NCBI RefSeq assembly: GCF_006345805.1
Contig: NC_043014.1
Location: 47,616,001-47,680,000, forward strand
From: Octopus sinensis
Taxonomy: Eukaryota
Length of the DNA: 64,000 bases
Direction of reading: 5' to 3'
Within the stretch, counting starts at the first letter, position 1. Every line of letters starts with the position of its first letter. The notes under the pieces were generated by a model that made no database searches, was not told the DNA's origin, and was given only the letters and a program-made list of their open reading frames with translations. Shown here one piece after another: positions 1 to 13,131 of the stretch. The position numbers and the translations under genes were made by a program.

Positions 1-2190
1 TATGTATGTATGTATATTTGTATGTATGTATGTATATTTGTATGTATGTATGTATGTATGTTTGTATGTATGTATGTATGTATGTATGCATGTTTGTATG
101 TATGTATGTATATTTGTATGTATGTATGTATGTATGTATGTATGTATGCATGTTTGTATGTATGTATGTATATTTGTATGTATGTATGTATGTATGTTTG
201 TATGAACGTATGTATGTATGTATGTATGTGTGTGTGTGCATGTATGTATGTATGCATGTTTGTATGTATGTATGTATATTTGTATGTATGTTTGTATGTA
301 TGTATGTATGTATGTATGTATGTATGTATGCATGTTTGTATGTATGTATGTATGTTTGTATGTATGTATGTATGTATGTTTGTATGAATGTATGTATGTA
401 TGTTTGTATGTATGTATGTATATTTGTATGTATGTATGTTTGTATGTATGTATGTATGTATGTTTGTATGTATGTATGTATGTATGTATGTATGTATGGA
501 TGTTTGTATGTATGTATGTATGTATGTATGATGTATGTATGTATGTATGTATGTATGTATGTTTGTATGTATGTATGTATGTATGTTGTGTATGTATGTA
601 TGTATGTATGTTTGTATGAATGTATGTATGTTTGTAGCGTATGTATGTATGTTTGTATGTATGTATGTTATTTTGTATGTATGTATGTTTGTATGTATGT
701 ATGTATGTATGTTTGTATGTATGTATGTATGTATGTATGTATGTATGTATGTTATGTATGTATGTATGTTTGTATGTATGTATGTATGTATGTATGTGTT
801 GTAGTTGTATGTATGTTTGTATGTATGATGATGTTATGGATGATGTATGTATGTATGTATGTTTGTATGTATTGTATGTATGTATGTATGCATGTTTGTA
901 TGTATGTATGTATGTTGTTGTATGTATGTATGTATGTTTGTATGTATGTATGTCTGTATGTATGTATGTATGTTTGTATGTATGTATGATGTATGTATGT
1001 ATGTATGTTGTATGTATGTATGTATGTATGTATGTATGTATGTCTGTATGTTCTGTATGTTTGTATGTATGTATGTATGATGTTTGTATGTATGTATGTA
1101 TGTATGTATGTATGTATGTTGTATGTATGTATGTAGTATGTATGTATTATGTATGTATGTTTGTATGTATGTATGTATGTATTATGTATGTATTGTATGT
1201 TTGTAGTATGATGTATGTATGTATGTATGGATGTTTGTATGTATGTATGTATGTATGCATTGTTTGTATGTAGGTATGTATGTATGTAGTGTATGTATGT
1301 ATGTATGTATGTATGTGTTATGTATGTATGTATGTATGGTGTGTATGTATGTATGTATGTATGCATGTTGTGTATGTATGATGTATGTATGTATGTGTAT
1401 GTATGTATGTATGTATGTATGTATGTATGTATGTATGTTTGTATGTAGGTATGTATGTAGGTATGTGTATGTATGTATATTTGTGTTATGTATGTATGTA
1501 TGTATGTATGTATGTTGTGTGTGTATGTTTGTGTGTATGTATGTATGTGTGTGTATGTATGCATGTGTGTGTGTGTATGTATGTATGTTTGTATGTATGT
1601 TTGTATGTATGTATGTATGTATGTATGTGTATGTATGTATGTTTGTATGTATGTATGTATGTATGTATGTATGTATGTATGTTTGTATGTATGTATGTAT
1701 GTATGTATGTGTATGTATGTATGTTTGTATGTATGTATGTATGTATGTATGTATGTATGTATGTATGTATGTATGTATGTGTGTGTATGCATGTGTGTGT
1801 GTGTATGTATGTATGTTTGTATGTATGTTTGTATGTATGTATGTATGTATGTATGTGTGTATGTATGTATGTATGTATGTATGTATGTATGTGTGTGTAT
1901 GTATGCATGTGTGTGTGTGTATGTATGTATGTTTGTATGTATGTTTGTATGTATGTATGTATGTATGTATGTATGTATGTAGTGTATGTATGTGTGTGTG
2001 TATGTAGTATGTATGTTATTTTGTATGTATGTATGTATGTATGTATGTACTGTATGTATGTATGTAGTATGTTATTTATGTATGTATGTATGTATGCATG
2101 CATAGGTATATGTATGTATGTGTGATGTATGTAGTTATGTATGTATGTATGTATGTATTTATTGTTGTATGTATGTATGCATGAATGTAT
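1..2190. repeat. Degenerate (TATG)n tetranucleotide satellite
   Basis: Continuous TATG/TTTG/TGTG units; source of all MYVC/HTYI pseudo-ORFs. Confidence 0.98.
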
Positions 2191-2406
2191 CTGTGTATAT
2201 AGCAATAGATGGAGTAGATATTCATGGCTATAGACCAAATACAAAATGCACCAGACACAGATTTATGTGCAGTTGTTGTTGTAGTTGTTGTTTCGCCCCC
2301 AGGTCATTCCTGATCAAACAAAGCTAAGACCAAATAACAGTCCGCCTATGCCTATCAAGTCTTTTTTCCTATCTGCAAGGAACCCAAGATCTCTTAACTC
2401 CATTAA

Positions 2407-3067
2407 CCCTTTCATTACCGTATTTACTTTGACATGTTCTGCGTCTCTTTCAATTAGTTTTAAATATAACAAAGTAAAATAGCTTAGTTATCATTCAGCT
2501 GGTGTGAGGAACATAAATTGTGACTAAGGTTTGGTGGAAGATTTTAATTCAAGACTTATGAAAACAAGACATTTGTACTACAGAACCAGAGGTGGTTTCA
2601 GCTGGGTTGATATCAAAAGGGTTAGGAATTGTGTCTCTGTTATATATTTTAACCCTTTCATAACTGTTTTTATTTTGAGATGTTCTGTGTTTCTTTCATT
2701 TACTTTAAATATAACAAATACTTTAGTAAAATAACTTAGTTATCATTCAGCTGGTGTGAGAAACATAAATTGTGACTAAGGTTTGGTGGAAGATTTTAAT
2801 TCAAGACTTATGAAAACAAGACATTTGTACTACAGAACCAGAAGTGGTTTCAGCTGGGTTGGTATCAAAAGGGTTAGGAATTGTGTCTCTGTTATATATT
2901 TTAACCCTTTCATTACTGTAATTCAAAACTTAGTTATCATTCAGCTAGTGTTAGGAACATAAATTGTGACTAAGCTTTGGTGGAAGATTTTAATTTAAGA
3001 CTTATGAAAGCAAGACATTTGTACTACAGAGCCAGAGGCGATTTCAGCTGGGTTGGTATCAAAAGGG
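2407..3067 (+). mobile_element. Three tandem copies of a ~165-220 bp piggyBac-like MITE
   Basis: Each unit starts TTAA|CCCTTT (2403, 2649, 2901) and ends AAAGGG|TTA; imperfect TIR CCCTTTCATTACC / GGTATCAAAAGGG; outer TTAA at 2403-2406 and 3068-3071. Confidence 0.8.
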
Positions 3068-3319
3068 TTAAGTGGTCTTGTGTTCCTTAAGACAGAGGGA
3101 GATTTGACTGATATTTCAAGCAGATTAGTCAAGCACTCTCATCTGTTATGTTTCCACACCAAATCACATGTCGGTACATATGCTGGTTGGCGTTTGGGTG
3201 GGGTACAGACAATGGATGGGAAAAGAGTGAGAGTCACATGAGCATAATCCTATGTTCAGCTTGACCAAATCACATGTCGGTGCATATGTTGCCAGGAGTG
3301 GTGCAAATGAGTAGACAGG

Positions 3320-3857
3320 TAGAGGTGGAAGTAGTGGTGGTGGTGGTGGGGTGGTGGTGGTGGTGGTGGTGGGGTGGGGTGGGGGTGGTGGTGGTGGTGG
3401 TGGGGACAGGAAAGATGCATCTATTTAGATTTATTTATATATGTACTCTTTGCATATATATAAATATGTATATAGACACTTTAAACTGGTTTTACAAGTT
3501 TTCTTCAATTGTAATGGTATTGCTGGTGGTAGTAGTGGCAGTGATGACAATGGCAGTGGAAGCAATGACAGCAACGGTGAAAGCAGTGGTAGAAGTGGTG
3601 GCAGTGGTAGAGGTGGTGGCAGTGGTAGAAGTGGTGACAGTGGCAGCAGTGGTGGCAGTGGTAGAGGTGGTGGCAGTGGTAGAAGTGGTGGCAGTGGTAG
3701 AAGTGGTGGCAGTGGCAGCAGTGGTAGAGGTGGTGGCAGTGGTAGAGGTGGTGGCAGTGGCAGCAGTGGTACTGGTGGCAGTGGTGGTGATGGTGACAGC
3801 GGTGGCAGTGGTGATGATAATGAGGATGATGATGACAATGAAGACAGCAACAACAAA

Positions 3858-3939
<82 letters not shown>
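3320..3939. repeat. GGT/GGC-rich low-complexity array followed by (GAT)n
   Basis: GGTGGCAGTGGTAGA-type subunits, then a pure GAT run. Confidence 0.95.
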
Positions 3940-4183
3940 TCTTGTTTTACCTTTGTTGTTGTTCTTGCTGTTGCACCTTATTGCTCTTTGTTATTTATAT
4001 TGTTCTTTATTGTATTTTTTTTTTCATTTCCTTGTCGCTTTTGTTGTTGTTACTATTTTTAGTTCATTTAAAATAAAACATTTCTGGCTGTTGGGAAAAA
4101 TTCTTAGGTTTTTCCTGATTCTTTAATCTTTTTATAGACATACCGTTCTCACAGTATTGTTATATAAGATATATATATAGCCA

Positions 4184-4202
4184 TGTCACTCTCTCTCTCT
4201 CA

Positions 4203-4245
<43 letters not shown>

Positions 4246-4291
4246 GTTCAGTGTATATATCATCATCATCATCACCATCATCATCATCACC

Positions 4292-4323
<32 letters not shown>

Positions 4324-4463
4324 CATCATCATCGTCACCACCATCATCATCATCATCATCATCACCATCATCATCGTCGTCGTTGTCGTCATCATCGTCG
4401 TCATCATCGTCGTCATCATCATCATCGTCGTCATCATCATCATCATCGTCGTCATCGTCATCA
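4184..4463. repeat. Compound microsatellite (CT)n-(TA)n-(CAT/CGT)n
   Basis: Direct reading; the CAT part is the expanded tail of the adjacent minus-strand retroposon. Confidence 0.95.
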
Positions 4464-4680
4464 TTTAACATCCACTGTTCCATGCTGGGATGTGTTGCAT
4501 GGCTTAACCAGGACTGGTAGGCTAAGGGCTGCACCAGATTCCATGGTCCGTTTTGGCTAGGTTTCTATGGCTGGATGGTGTTCCTAATGCCAACCACTCC
4601 ACAAAGTATACTGGATGCTTTCTATGTGGCACCATCACAGATGCTTTTTAAATGACACAGCACTGGTGCTTTTTACATGG
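4464..4680 (-). mobile_element. Retroposon family B (GAT-tailed), diverged copy
   Basis: Reverse complement of the GGAGTGGTTGGCATTAGGAA...GTTAAATGATGA tail seen in other family B copies. Confidence 0.7.
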
Positions 4681-4903
4681 ACCCAAGGTTTTAGGATCTC
4701 AATTCTGTTGTGGTGGGGTTTTTTTAAATACAGCAATGCACCACATTTCTCAGTCCTCTATAATCTCCTTCATATATATATACTCTCCTATATATATATA
4801 TATAATCTCCTTCATATATATGTACATATATATATAAACATATATATATACATACATATATACATATATATATATAAACATATATATATACATACATATA
4901 TAT

Positions 4904-4937
<34 letters not shown>

Positions 4938-5379
4938 AACATATATACATACATATATATATATATATACGCACATATATATGTATGTATGCATGTGTCT
5001 ATGTATGTGTGTCTTTGTGACTAGATTTATTAAGAAACTCAGAGTAATGACTCATGCTGACTCAGCTTTGAGTATGGCCATTCTGTAGCACACACGTGTC
5101 TGTACACATGTGTATGGATGTGTACCAGTATGGTTAATAGTAAGTTTGCTTTGACATTGGTGACAGCATGCCAAGGAGTGGGTAAATGTTGCAGCTGGCA
5201 ACTTACCATCGCAATGGGCTGGAAGCCAAGATGCAGGGCAAACATCTGAAAAGATGGACACACACAGCAAGTTGAGTGGTATTGTGTGGGTCTGGAGGTC
5301 CCTTCAACCATTTGGAAGTTTCTTGCATTCTCACACACAGAGGTGACTTCCAAGGAAGGACAATCTAGGAAGGACTAGT

Positions 5380-5790
5380 TCAGCGTAGCCTGGTGCCCAG
5401 GGTGGGACCAAGCACAGAAGGGATGAAGAAAAGAGGAGAGAGATGTGAGATAAGGATTCCTGACGTGAGGTGGCAAGTGTCCAGTCAACTCTGGGTAGCA
5501 GAGGCCATTATAGTAGCAATAAATATGACTGAGAGAGGAGATGGCACACCTGTAATCTAGAGGATGGACTATGTCTGTGACTTTATGCTAATTAGCCAAA
5601 TGGCTTTTCTCTGGATGCAGTCAAGGATGTCTGTGTCTTCGGTAGTAGAACCACCCCAGATGTAAGACCAGCACTCCACTGTGAGCCTCATCCGATCTTT
5701 GTAGAGTCTCAATAATTGTTGGGGGATGAAGTATCATAAAAATAGGGACCAGTCTTTTGGATGCAACCCTAGATATGTTAAGGATGTACT
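5380..5790 (-). pseudogene. Decayed LINE reverse transcriptase C-terminal remnant (CR1/L2/Jockey-like)
   Basis: Minus-strand translation with frameshifts gives QLLRLYK...YIWGG...LDCIQRKAI...SSLSHIYCYYNGLC, resembling the post-RT region of these LINEs. Confidence 0.5.
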
Positions 5791-5917
5791 TTACAGGAAA
5801 TGTACTGGCTGGTAGTTATTAAGGATGGATTTAAGGGTTAGAGAAGTGGCCTTTCTTGGAGATATCTGTAGTTGTTCAATCAAAGCTTTGTGACTGAGTT
5901 TTTTAATGGGAGGGTAC

Positions 5918-6095
5918 TCACAGTCACACATCACTGACTGCAGAAGTAGTGTATAGTCACACATCAATAAATGCATGGATGTTGCAAATTTTACACATCA
6001 CTGAGTGCAAGGGTACTGCACAGTCTCACATCACTGAGTGCAGAGATGCTGCACAATCACACATCACAGCCTGCAAAGGAAGAGCTCAGTCACTA
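5918..6095. repeat. Degenerate ~30-bp minisatellite
   Basis: Recurrent CAGTCACACATCACTGA(G/C)TGCA units. Confidence 0.6.
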
Positions 6096-6409
6096 GTGTT
6101 GTTCATGATCAGATTAGAAAGGGGACAATCAATGATGATTTTGCTGATATGAGTAGCATTTGTGTTTGTATTTTGTTGCTGTCGAAAGAGACAGGCATTG
6201 AAAATTCATTTTGGCAGATTCTTTTGCAAGTTTGAAGTATAAGTTGTGAATGGATAATGTCTAGTTAGAGAAGGTTAGGGATGAATGAAGTGTAGCATCA
6301 ACTACAAGGGACTGAAAATTATTGGATATGATGGCAAGAATCTGAGAGACTATCTATTGAGCAAGAGAGATAAAGTCAATGAGAGAGAATGAGATATTTG
6401 TATTCATAT

Positions 6410-6677
6410 ATTATATATGTGTATGCAGGCATGTATGTATGTATGTATGTATGTATGCATGTGTGTATGTATGTATGTATGTATGCATGTGTGTATGTAT
6501 GTATGTATGTATGTATGTATGTATGTACGTATGTACGTATGTATGTATGCATGTATGTATGCATGTATGTATGCATGTATGTATGCATGTGTGTATGTAT
6601 GTATGTATGTATGTATGTATGTATGTATGTATGTATGTATGTATGAATGTATGTATGTATGTATGTGTATGTATGTA
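6410..6677. repeat. (TATG)n microsatellite
   Basis: Direct reading. Confidence 0.95.
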
Positions 6678-7001
6678 TTTATTATATTATCTGAATAAAA
6701 ATCAGGAAGACTACAACAAAAAAAAACTCAATACATTGTACCTCTTCCTCATATGTGTATATGTGGTTTGTGTGTGACTGTATAAATATATTTTTGCATA
6801 AATTGTTATTTGTATATGTGTATATGTATATAAGCAGAGAGAGAGGGGGGGGAGATTGTTTAATAGAGATATGTCAAATAGATTCTTTTGTGCAGTCTCT
6901 CACCTATATACACACATATACAAGAAGACACAAATAAGTATTCACAGACTTATATACACATATGCATAAACACGTACACAATAACCAAGGTAGACTTATG
7001 A

Positions 7002-7388
7002 AAAGGAAATGAGATTTAATGAGAAGAATTTTTCCTGAAAGTCATGTATGGACCCCTCACCTCACCACTCCACATTTTCTCACACTTTGCTCCACCGTTT
7101 AATTCTTCACAAATCTACTTCCGCACAATACCAACCCACGTGACTTTACTCTCTCACATGTCCGGCAACAATTGGCCATGTGAGACTCATTAATGAGGTC
7201 TCGTGTTTGGCCTAGATTAAGTCCATACACTTCCAATTAAGGTAAAATGCTTTGTCTAAGAAACATAGTCTAAAAATAGCAGTTTACACCTCTCACTTGC
7301 AGTGTCGTCTGACTTGTTTTTTATAGATATAACGCAGAAATAATCCAGGTTTTCATTTCAGAAGGCCCGTGGCAAACAAATAAATATA
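7002..7388 (+). repeat. Copy 1 of a ~380-bp diverged direct repeat
   Basis: Aligns by eye at roughly 80% with 8947-9324; perfect 38-bp core at 7269-7306. Confidence 0.85.
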
Positions 7389-7591
7389 ATGCTATTGTTA
7401 GGAAACATAGTATAATTGATTCTAAACAAGTATTTGGGGATATGACAATGTTAATATCAACAACAACAACAACAATAACAACGACAGCAACAAAGACAAC
7501 GACAATGGTTCTATGGTACAAGACCCTCTATTTTAAAGTGATCGAAATTAAAGCCTTCTGACAATATTTCATGTTAACTAATGTTCCAAAA

Positions 7592-7854
7592 GTGGAGGTG
7601 CGTGGCTTAGTGGTTAGGGTGTCAGCATCATGATCGTAAGATTGTGGTTTCGATTCCTGGACCGGGCGATGCATTGTGTTCTTGAGCAAAACACTTCATT
7701 TCACATTGCTCCAGTCCACTCAGCTGGCAAAAATGAGTAACGCTGCAATGGACTGGTGTCCCGTCCAGCTGGGGAACACATACGCCATTGAAACTGGGAA
7801 ACCAGGCCCATGAGCCTGGCTAGGCTTTAAAAGGGCGCATTTATTTATTTTTTT
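7592..7854 (+). mobile_element. tRNA-derived SINE (family C)
   Basis: A box TGGCTTAGTGG, B box GGTTTCGATTCC, TTGAGCAAAACACT body; 13-bp TSD with 1 mismatch (TAATGTTCCAAAA 7579-7591 / TAATATTCCAAAA 7855-7867). Confidence 0.85.
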
Positions 7855-8624
7855 TAATATTCCAAAATACCAGCTTAGTAACATCAGTCACTAATATTGA
7901 CTGTTTTCTTATAAAGGGAGCTTCACTTTCTAGCTACGTCAGAGTTGCCTGTCTTTTGGTATCTGGTGCTGATGAGTAGTAAGTATTCAAAATGCTTGCA
8001 ACCATCAGTCCAGTGGAAAGTGCTCTTAGCTGTCTGTGGCATTTTAACACCTTTTTGTCTTAAGCAAGAATTTTTTTCTTCATGACAAACTGCAGTGAAA
8101 AGCCTTTATATGTTCAAATATCTCTCAACCACATTTGAACAGGTTTTAAGTATTTTTTACTGTCAGTCACTGTTTTGTGCTTCCATTCATGAATGGCAAA
8201 GTTATTTCATTATATTCTTCATTATTCTCAAACTTAATTGAAACATATGGCAACAAAAGCATTAATAATAATTAGATGCAAGGTTTGCAGAGTTTATCTA
8301 ATTCAAATCGTTTTTTAACCATATGTGTTTGTAATGCCAATGCCTAAATCAGCTACCATAATATTATGCAGATTAAAGTTATCACTCTCTCTAAATAGAA
8401 AGCTAGTCTACTATGACTTTGCCGGTGTGTGAATATGAAACCAGTGATATAAACTACTGAATCCCTTACCAGTTATCAATGAATCACTTGCTTCAAGCCA
8501 TCAATTGTACTACCCTATGGTACTTATTTACAGATACAAGAAAACACTTTTGCATACAACTGGTTTACAAAAATAGCAGCCAAATCTCTCTCAAATTACA
8601 TCCTACAGTCTTAAGAAAGCACAT

Positions 8625-8685
8625 ACATGTACATACATACATACATACATACATACATACATACATACATACATACATACATACA

Positions 8686-8721
<36 letters not shown>

Positions 8722-8790
8722 GGGTGGATGAATGGACAGATGGACAGACAGGCTGACAGATACATACATACACACACAATTACATATACA
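8625..8790. repeat. (CATA)n/(CAGA)n microsatellite
   Basis: Direct reading. Confidence 0.9.
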
Positions 8791-8946
8791 TATATATGGA
8801 GTGATAGTGGTGAGACAGACAGTCAGACACTGAGAGTGAGTGAGAACTAAATAGACACACACGCATATGCATATGTGAATACTCTCACCCACACATTTTC
8901 ACATATAGACACATTCATGTACACACACATAAACTTACACACAAGA

Positions 8947-9324
8947 AAAGGCAGTGAGACCATAAAGAGAAGAATTTTCCCTAAAAGTATTGAATGACCC
9001 CCTCACCTCACCAATCCACATTTTCTCAAACTTTGCTCCACCATTTTTACTTCACACATCTACTTCCACACAATACCAACCCACGTGGCTCTCACATGTC
9101 TGGCAACAATTGTCCAGGTGAGAATCTATAATGAGATCTTGTGTTTGTCTCAGGTAAGTCATTCACTTCCAATTAGGGTAAAGTACTTTTGCTAATGAAC
9201 TTAATCTAAAAATAGCAGTTTACACCTCTCACTTGCAGTGTCACTTTTCTCAGTTCGATAAACAGAACATAGAAACAATCTCAGTTTTCATCTGATAAAG
9301 TCCAAATGGTGAACAAATAAATAT
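8947..9324 (+). repeat. Copy 2 of the ~380-bp direct repeat
   Basis: See 7002-7388; core at 9205-9242. Confidence 0.85.
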
Positions 9325-9768
9325 AAAATCAAATCAAAATCGAAATCGATCAACATCAATGGAATTTGTAGTTGTGGTACCAGTGCCGGTGGTACATAAG
9401 AGAACCATTCGAACGTGGCTGTAGCCAGCACCGCATCGACTGGCCTCCATGCTGGTGGCACGTAACAAACACCATCCGATCGTGGCCATTTGCCAGCCTG
9501 GCCTGGCCTCCGTGCCGGTGGCACGTAAAAAAGCACCATCCGAGCGTGGCTGTTCACCAGCCTCGTCTGGCACCTGTGTCGGTGGCACATAAAAAGCACC
9601 CACTACACTCACGGAGTGGATGGCGTTAGGAAGGGCATCCAGCTTTAGAAACACTGCCAGATTTGACTGGCCTGGTGCAGCCTTCGGGCTTCCCAGACCC
9701 CAGTTGAACTGTCCAACCCATGCTAGCATGGAAAGCGGACGTTAAACAATGATGATGATGATGATGAT
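9325..9768 (+). mobile_element. Retroposon family B with about four internal ~60-bp modules and (GAT)n tail
   Basis: GGTGGCAC.TAAAA.CACC modules, GGCGTTAGGAAGGGCATCCAGC body, GGACGTTAAAC(GAT)n end. Confidence 0.85.
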
Positions 9769-10027
9769 GTTATTGTTAGGAAAAATGGCCTGATTATTTC
9801 CAGACACACAGTATTTTGTGATACAGCAATCCCGCAAGTGCTGGTGGTGCTCAAAAAGCACCTGGTACACTCTGTAAAATGGTTGGCTTTAGGAAAGGCA
9901 TCCATCTGCAGAAACTATGCCAAAGATGACATAGGAGCTTTTTGGCATGGAGTTCAATGCAGGCCTGCAGCTCACCGGTTCTCTGTCAAATCATTCTACT
10001 CATGCCAGTATGTAAAACAGACAATAA

Positions 10028-10247
10028 CCCTTTTGTTACTAACCCGGCCAAAACCGGCTCTGGCTCTGTGGTAAAATGTCTTATTTTCATAAGCTTTGAA
10101 TTAAAATCTTCCACCAAATGTTAGTCATAATTTTTGTTCCAAACACTAGCTTAATGATAACTAAGTTATTTTACAAAATTCTTTGTTATATTTAAAATGA
10201 TTGAAAGAAACACAGAGCATCTCAAAATAAATACAGTAATGAAAGGA
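10028..10247 (-). mobile_element. piggyBac-like MITE, same family as 2407-3067
   Basis: Reverse complement aligns with the 2407 unit; flanked by ATAA / TTAA. Confidence 0.75.
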
Positions 10248-10258
10248 TTAAATGAATA

Positions 10259-10304
<46 letters not shown>

Positions 10305-10305
<1 letters not shown>

Positions 10306-10645
10306 CACAGGATTAATGTGAAAGAAGAAGAAGAAAAAAAATAAACAACTGTGATGATTTAAAGTAGGAAATACAAAGGTTGTGGTCAATGAAGAGAGTA
10401 GATGTGATACCAATAGTAATTGGTGCACTTGGAAGTCTCAGCCCTCGACTACCAGCATGGCTAAAGAAGATCAGTGCAAGTGTGAAGGTAGAATACCTAG
10501 AAAAATCAGCATTGCTTGGAACTGCAAGAATTCTTCGCAGGGTTCTCGAAGCATGACAAATAAATATGTGTCACCTTAGTCTACTGGCTGTGGACAGCTG
10601 ACACTTTCCATCATACCCGGCCAAATAAGCTGAGAGTTTTAATAC
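10305..10645 (+). mobile_element. Dong/R4-type non-LTR retrotransposon 3' fragment (lineage 1)
   Basis: 10368-10556 translates EIQRLWSMKRVDVIPIVIGALG...KSALLGTARILRRVLEA*, homologous to the C-terminus of the 39-kb copies; (TAA)n on both sides. Confidence 0.85.
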
Positions 10646-10658
10646 AATAATGATGATG

Positions 10659-10708
<50 letters not shown>

Positions 10709-10710
<2 letters not shown>

Positions 10711-11052
10711 ATTCGCTATCATTCCCAGGTGCCCTGGGATAGCGAAAGGGGCTGATTGCTACCTAGCTCAGATACCAAGAAACCCCAAAATGGCAGAAAT
10801 TCAAAAGATAGTGCTCATGGGAACTGCTCATATCCTACGCAAAATACTTTCTATGTAATCTCAAGTTTTAAAACAAACATAATTTTCGTTTTTTTTTTTT
10901 TTGACATTCACTAGTACAACACTATATACAAAACCAAATATATGGCACACTAAGCATAACAACATCACGAACTTCCAACCTGTTGGCTCTTGGGGTCTCT
11001 GGGTGAGACTTGGAGCCAACTTGTACAAATATAAAGCAAAAGTCAAACATAG
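10709..11052 (+). mobile_element. Dong/R4-type 3' fragment (lineage 2)
   Basis: GALG-(frameshift)-AKGADCYLAQIPRNPKMAEIQKIVLMGTAHILRKILSM* (stop 10856-10858), then 3' UTR and TAA/TGA tail. Confidence 0.8.
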
Positions 11053-11084
11053 AATAATGATAATAATGATAATAATAATAATAA

Positions 11085-11580
11085 GTGTTGTCATGTACAT
11101 TGTTTTGTCTTGGTATAAAAGATGGGCTACAGCAAATATTCTGCTCAATACCACAGATTTGCTTGTCAGTTGTTTGACTTTAACCAGTTGAGCATGTCCC
11201 TTAGTGGCTGACGATATGTGCATCTCTGATCACGAGCAGAAGTAGTGGGGAGCATCATAGCCATGTGTTGAGAGGGATTCTTTGTAGTTTGAATAATTCA
11301 CCGCTGGAGACATGGGTGGTTCTTTCAACATCCTTAAACAGCCCTTATTCAGGGACCTTTTGAGCGGGATGGGCTACTCAACCTGAAGAAAATTCTAACT
11401 GGACCCCACCTGCAAGGTTATGTGCTGTTTATCTTGATATGAGATCACCATGTCGCGCACATATGGTTGTGATGCATGTGCCTGGTGTACCCTTATCAGG
11501 CGGGTAGTCATGATGGGTATATCGGGCTTTGTATATTTTACCCCAGTGTCACTTTGATGGCATGAACTGCTCTCTCACAC
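11085..11580 (+). mobile_element. Unclassified ~500-bp interspersed element bounded by (AAT)n arrays
   Basis: Higher-GC noncoding block between two AAT arrays; no ORF recognised. Confidence 0.45.
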
Positions 11581-11636
<56 letters not shown>

Positions 11637-11650
11637 TAATAATAATAATA

Positions 11651-11845
11651 TTTGATAATAAGAATATGAACACTATCTCTGACCAATCATCTGAGACTAG
11701 TCATATCATGATCTGGTATTTAACTATCAAGATATAACCAGATATAAACCCAGATATAACAGTTAAAAAGCATATTGATAAAACTTATCTCCTAATTCAT
11801 ATAACTGTCTCCACGGATGAAAATGTTTCAGTCAAAGAATTGCGC
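11651..11845 (+). mobile_element. Decayed Dong/R4 restriction-like endonuclease fragment (lineage 3)
   Basis: 11747-11842 reads NPDITVKKHIDKTYLLIHITVSTDENVSVKEL, versus NRPDIVVRDHEEKKCFLIDVSIPADDNVSLKEM in the 39-kb copies. Confidence 0.7.
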
Positions 11846-12439
11846 ACTGCGCAGTTTATAAAGAACACTATCACCTTGAATTTCAAAGCTTTATTGCATT
11901 TTTATCATACGCTCAGGTGTGGACCTGGTTTTTTTTTCTTAAATTTATCGGGTCCTAGCACATCTCAACTTCATATAATCATCCAATGTATTAAGAACGT
12001 TATATTTATTATCTACTTCAAGTATCTGAGTAGCATCCAGTGGATAATGGGCAAATGCAGTAGGTATCAAGGAAAATTTTTCCTAATAATAATAATAATA
12101 ATGACTTACCTTAACATTCTTGTATCCACTTGTTTACTTGTCTAATGAATCATAAAGAGTGAGATTTTTGCTCCTATTTATACTTGTATATAGACACGTG
12201 AGGTGGATGTAAGGGGGTGTCTGTGTGACAGTGTAAGGGAAGTGTATATGATAGAGAGGCAATGCATGAGAACATATAGCTGTGTGTATGTGTGTGTGTG
12301 TGTGTGAGTGTGTATATGACTACAGAAGACACTGGAAATAATATAAAGAGAGACAATAAGAAAATGAGCAAAGTGAAGGAAATAACCGGACAATGAGAGG
12401 GTGAGAGGAGAGTAGGAGTGAAAATGGTGGGAAAAAGAG

Positions 12440-12494
12440 AGCAAACTGACAGACAGACAGACAGGCAGACAGGCAGACAGGCAGACAGGCAGAC

Positions 12495-12574
<80 letters not shown>

Positions 12575-12600
12575 TGATTGATTAATTGATTGATTGATAG
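12440..12600. repeat. (CAGA)n-(GATA)n-(GATT)n compound microsatellite
   Basis: Direct reading. Confidence 0.95.
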
Positions 12601-13087
12601 GTTGACAGGCAGGTAATCAGACAGATTGATGGACAGAGAGACAGATCAATAGACAGAGAGACAGGTACATACTTAGAGAAAGACAGAGAGATATTTTTAA
12701 AAGGCAAAAGGACTTTCAAAATTTGGGGAAAAATTGGTGTTTTGAGTGTCTAAATTTGACAGGTTGCATAAAAAGAAAAGAAAACACAATGACTCGTCAA
12801 AAAAAATCAACAAAATATCAACTAGATTATGGCTGGGTGACAACATTTTACTCAAAGTAGCTTCCACCATGACCTCAAGAAAGCTCTAAAACCTGGCACA
12901 TGTGTTCCTCACTGCATCCCTGGGAAGAACAGCAAACACCTCCTTAAACTTGGTCACCAGCATCAACTTGGTTTTGCAGACAAAGTGGTTGATGTTTTTG
13001 TCTACCATGCCATATAGCCTCCATGTGGCCCTGCCAGTTATGTAACACCAACATTGGCCATATTGCCTCCTACACATTTATATATAT

Positions 13088-13122
<35 letters not shown>

Positions 13123-13131
13123 TATATATGG

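Noticed and set aside
1-2258. Long MYVC/HTYI ORFs, and similar poly-H/D/M/I/N ORFs at 3.3-4.5, 13-14, 19.7-20.7, 35 and 43.9-44.6 kb
   Set aside because: They are translations of stop-poor microsatellites, open in several frames at once, with no domain or splice support
7965-8005. CTGATGA as a hammerhead core (also near 11205 and 15700)
   Set aside because: No convincing helix II followed by GAAA and a cleavage triplet
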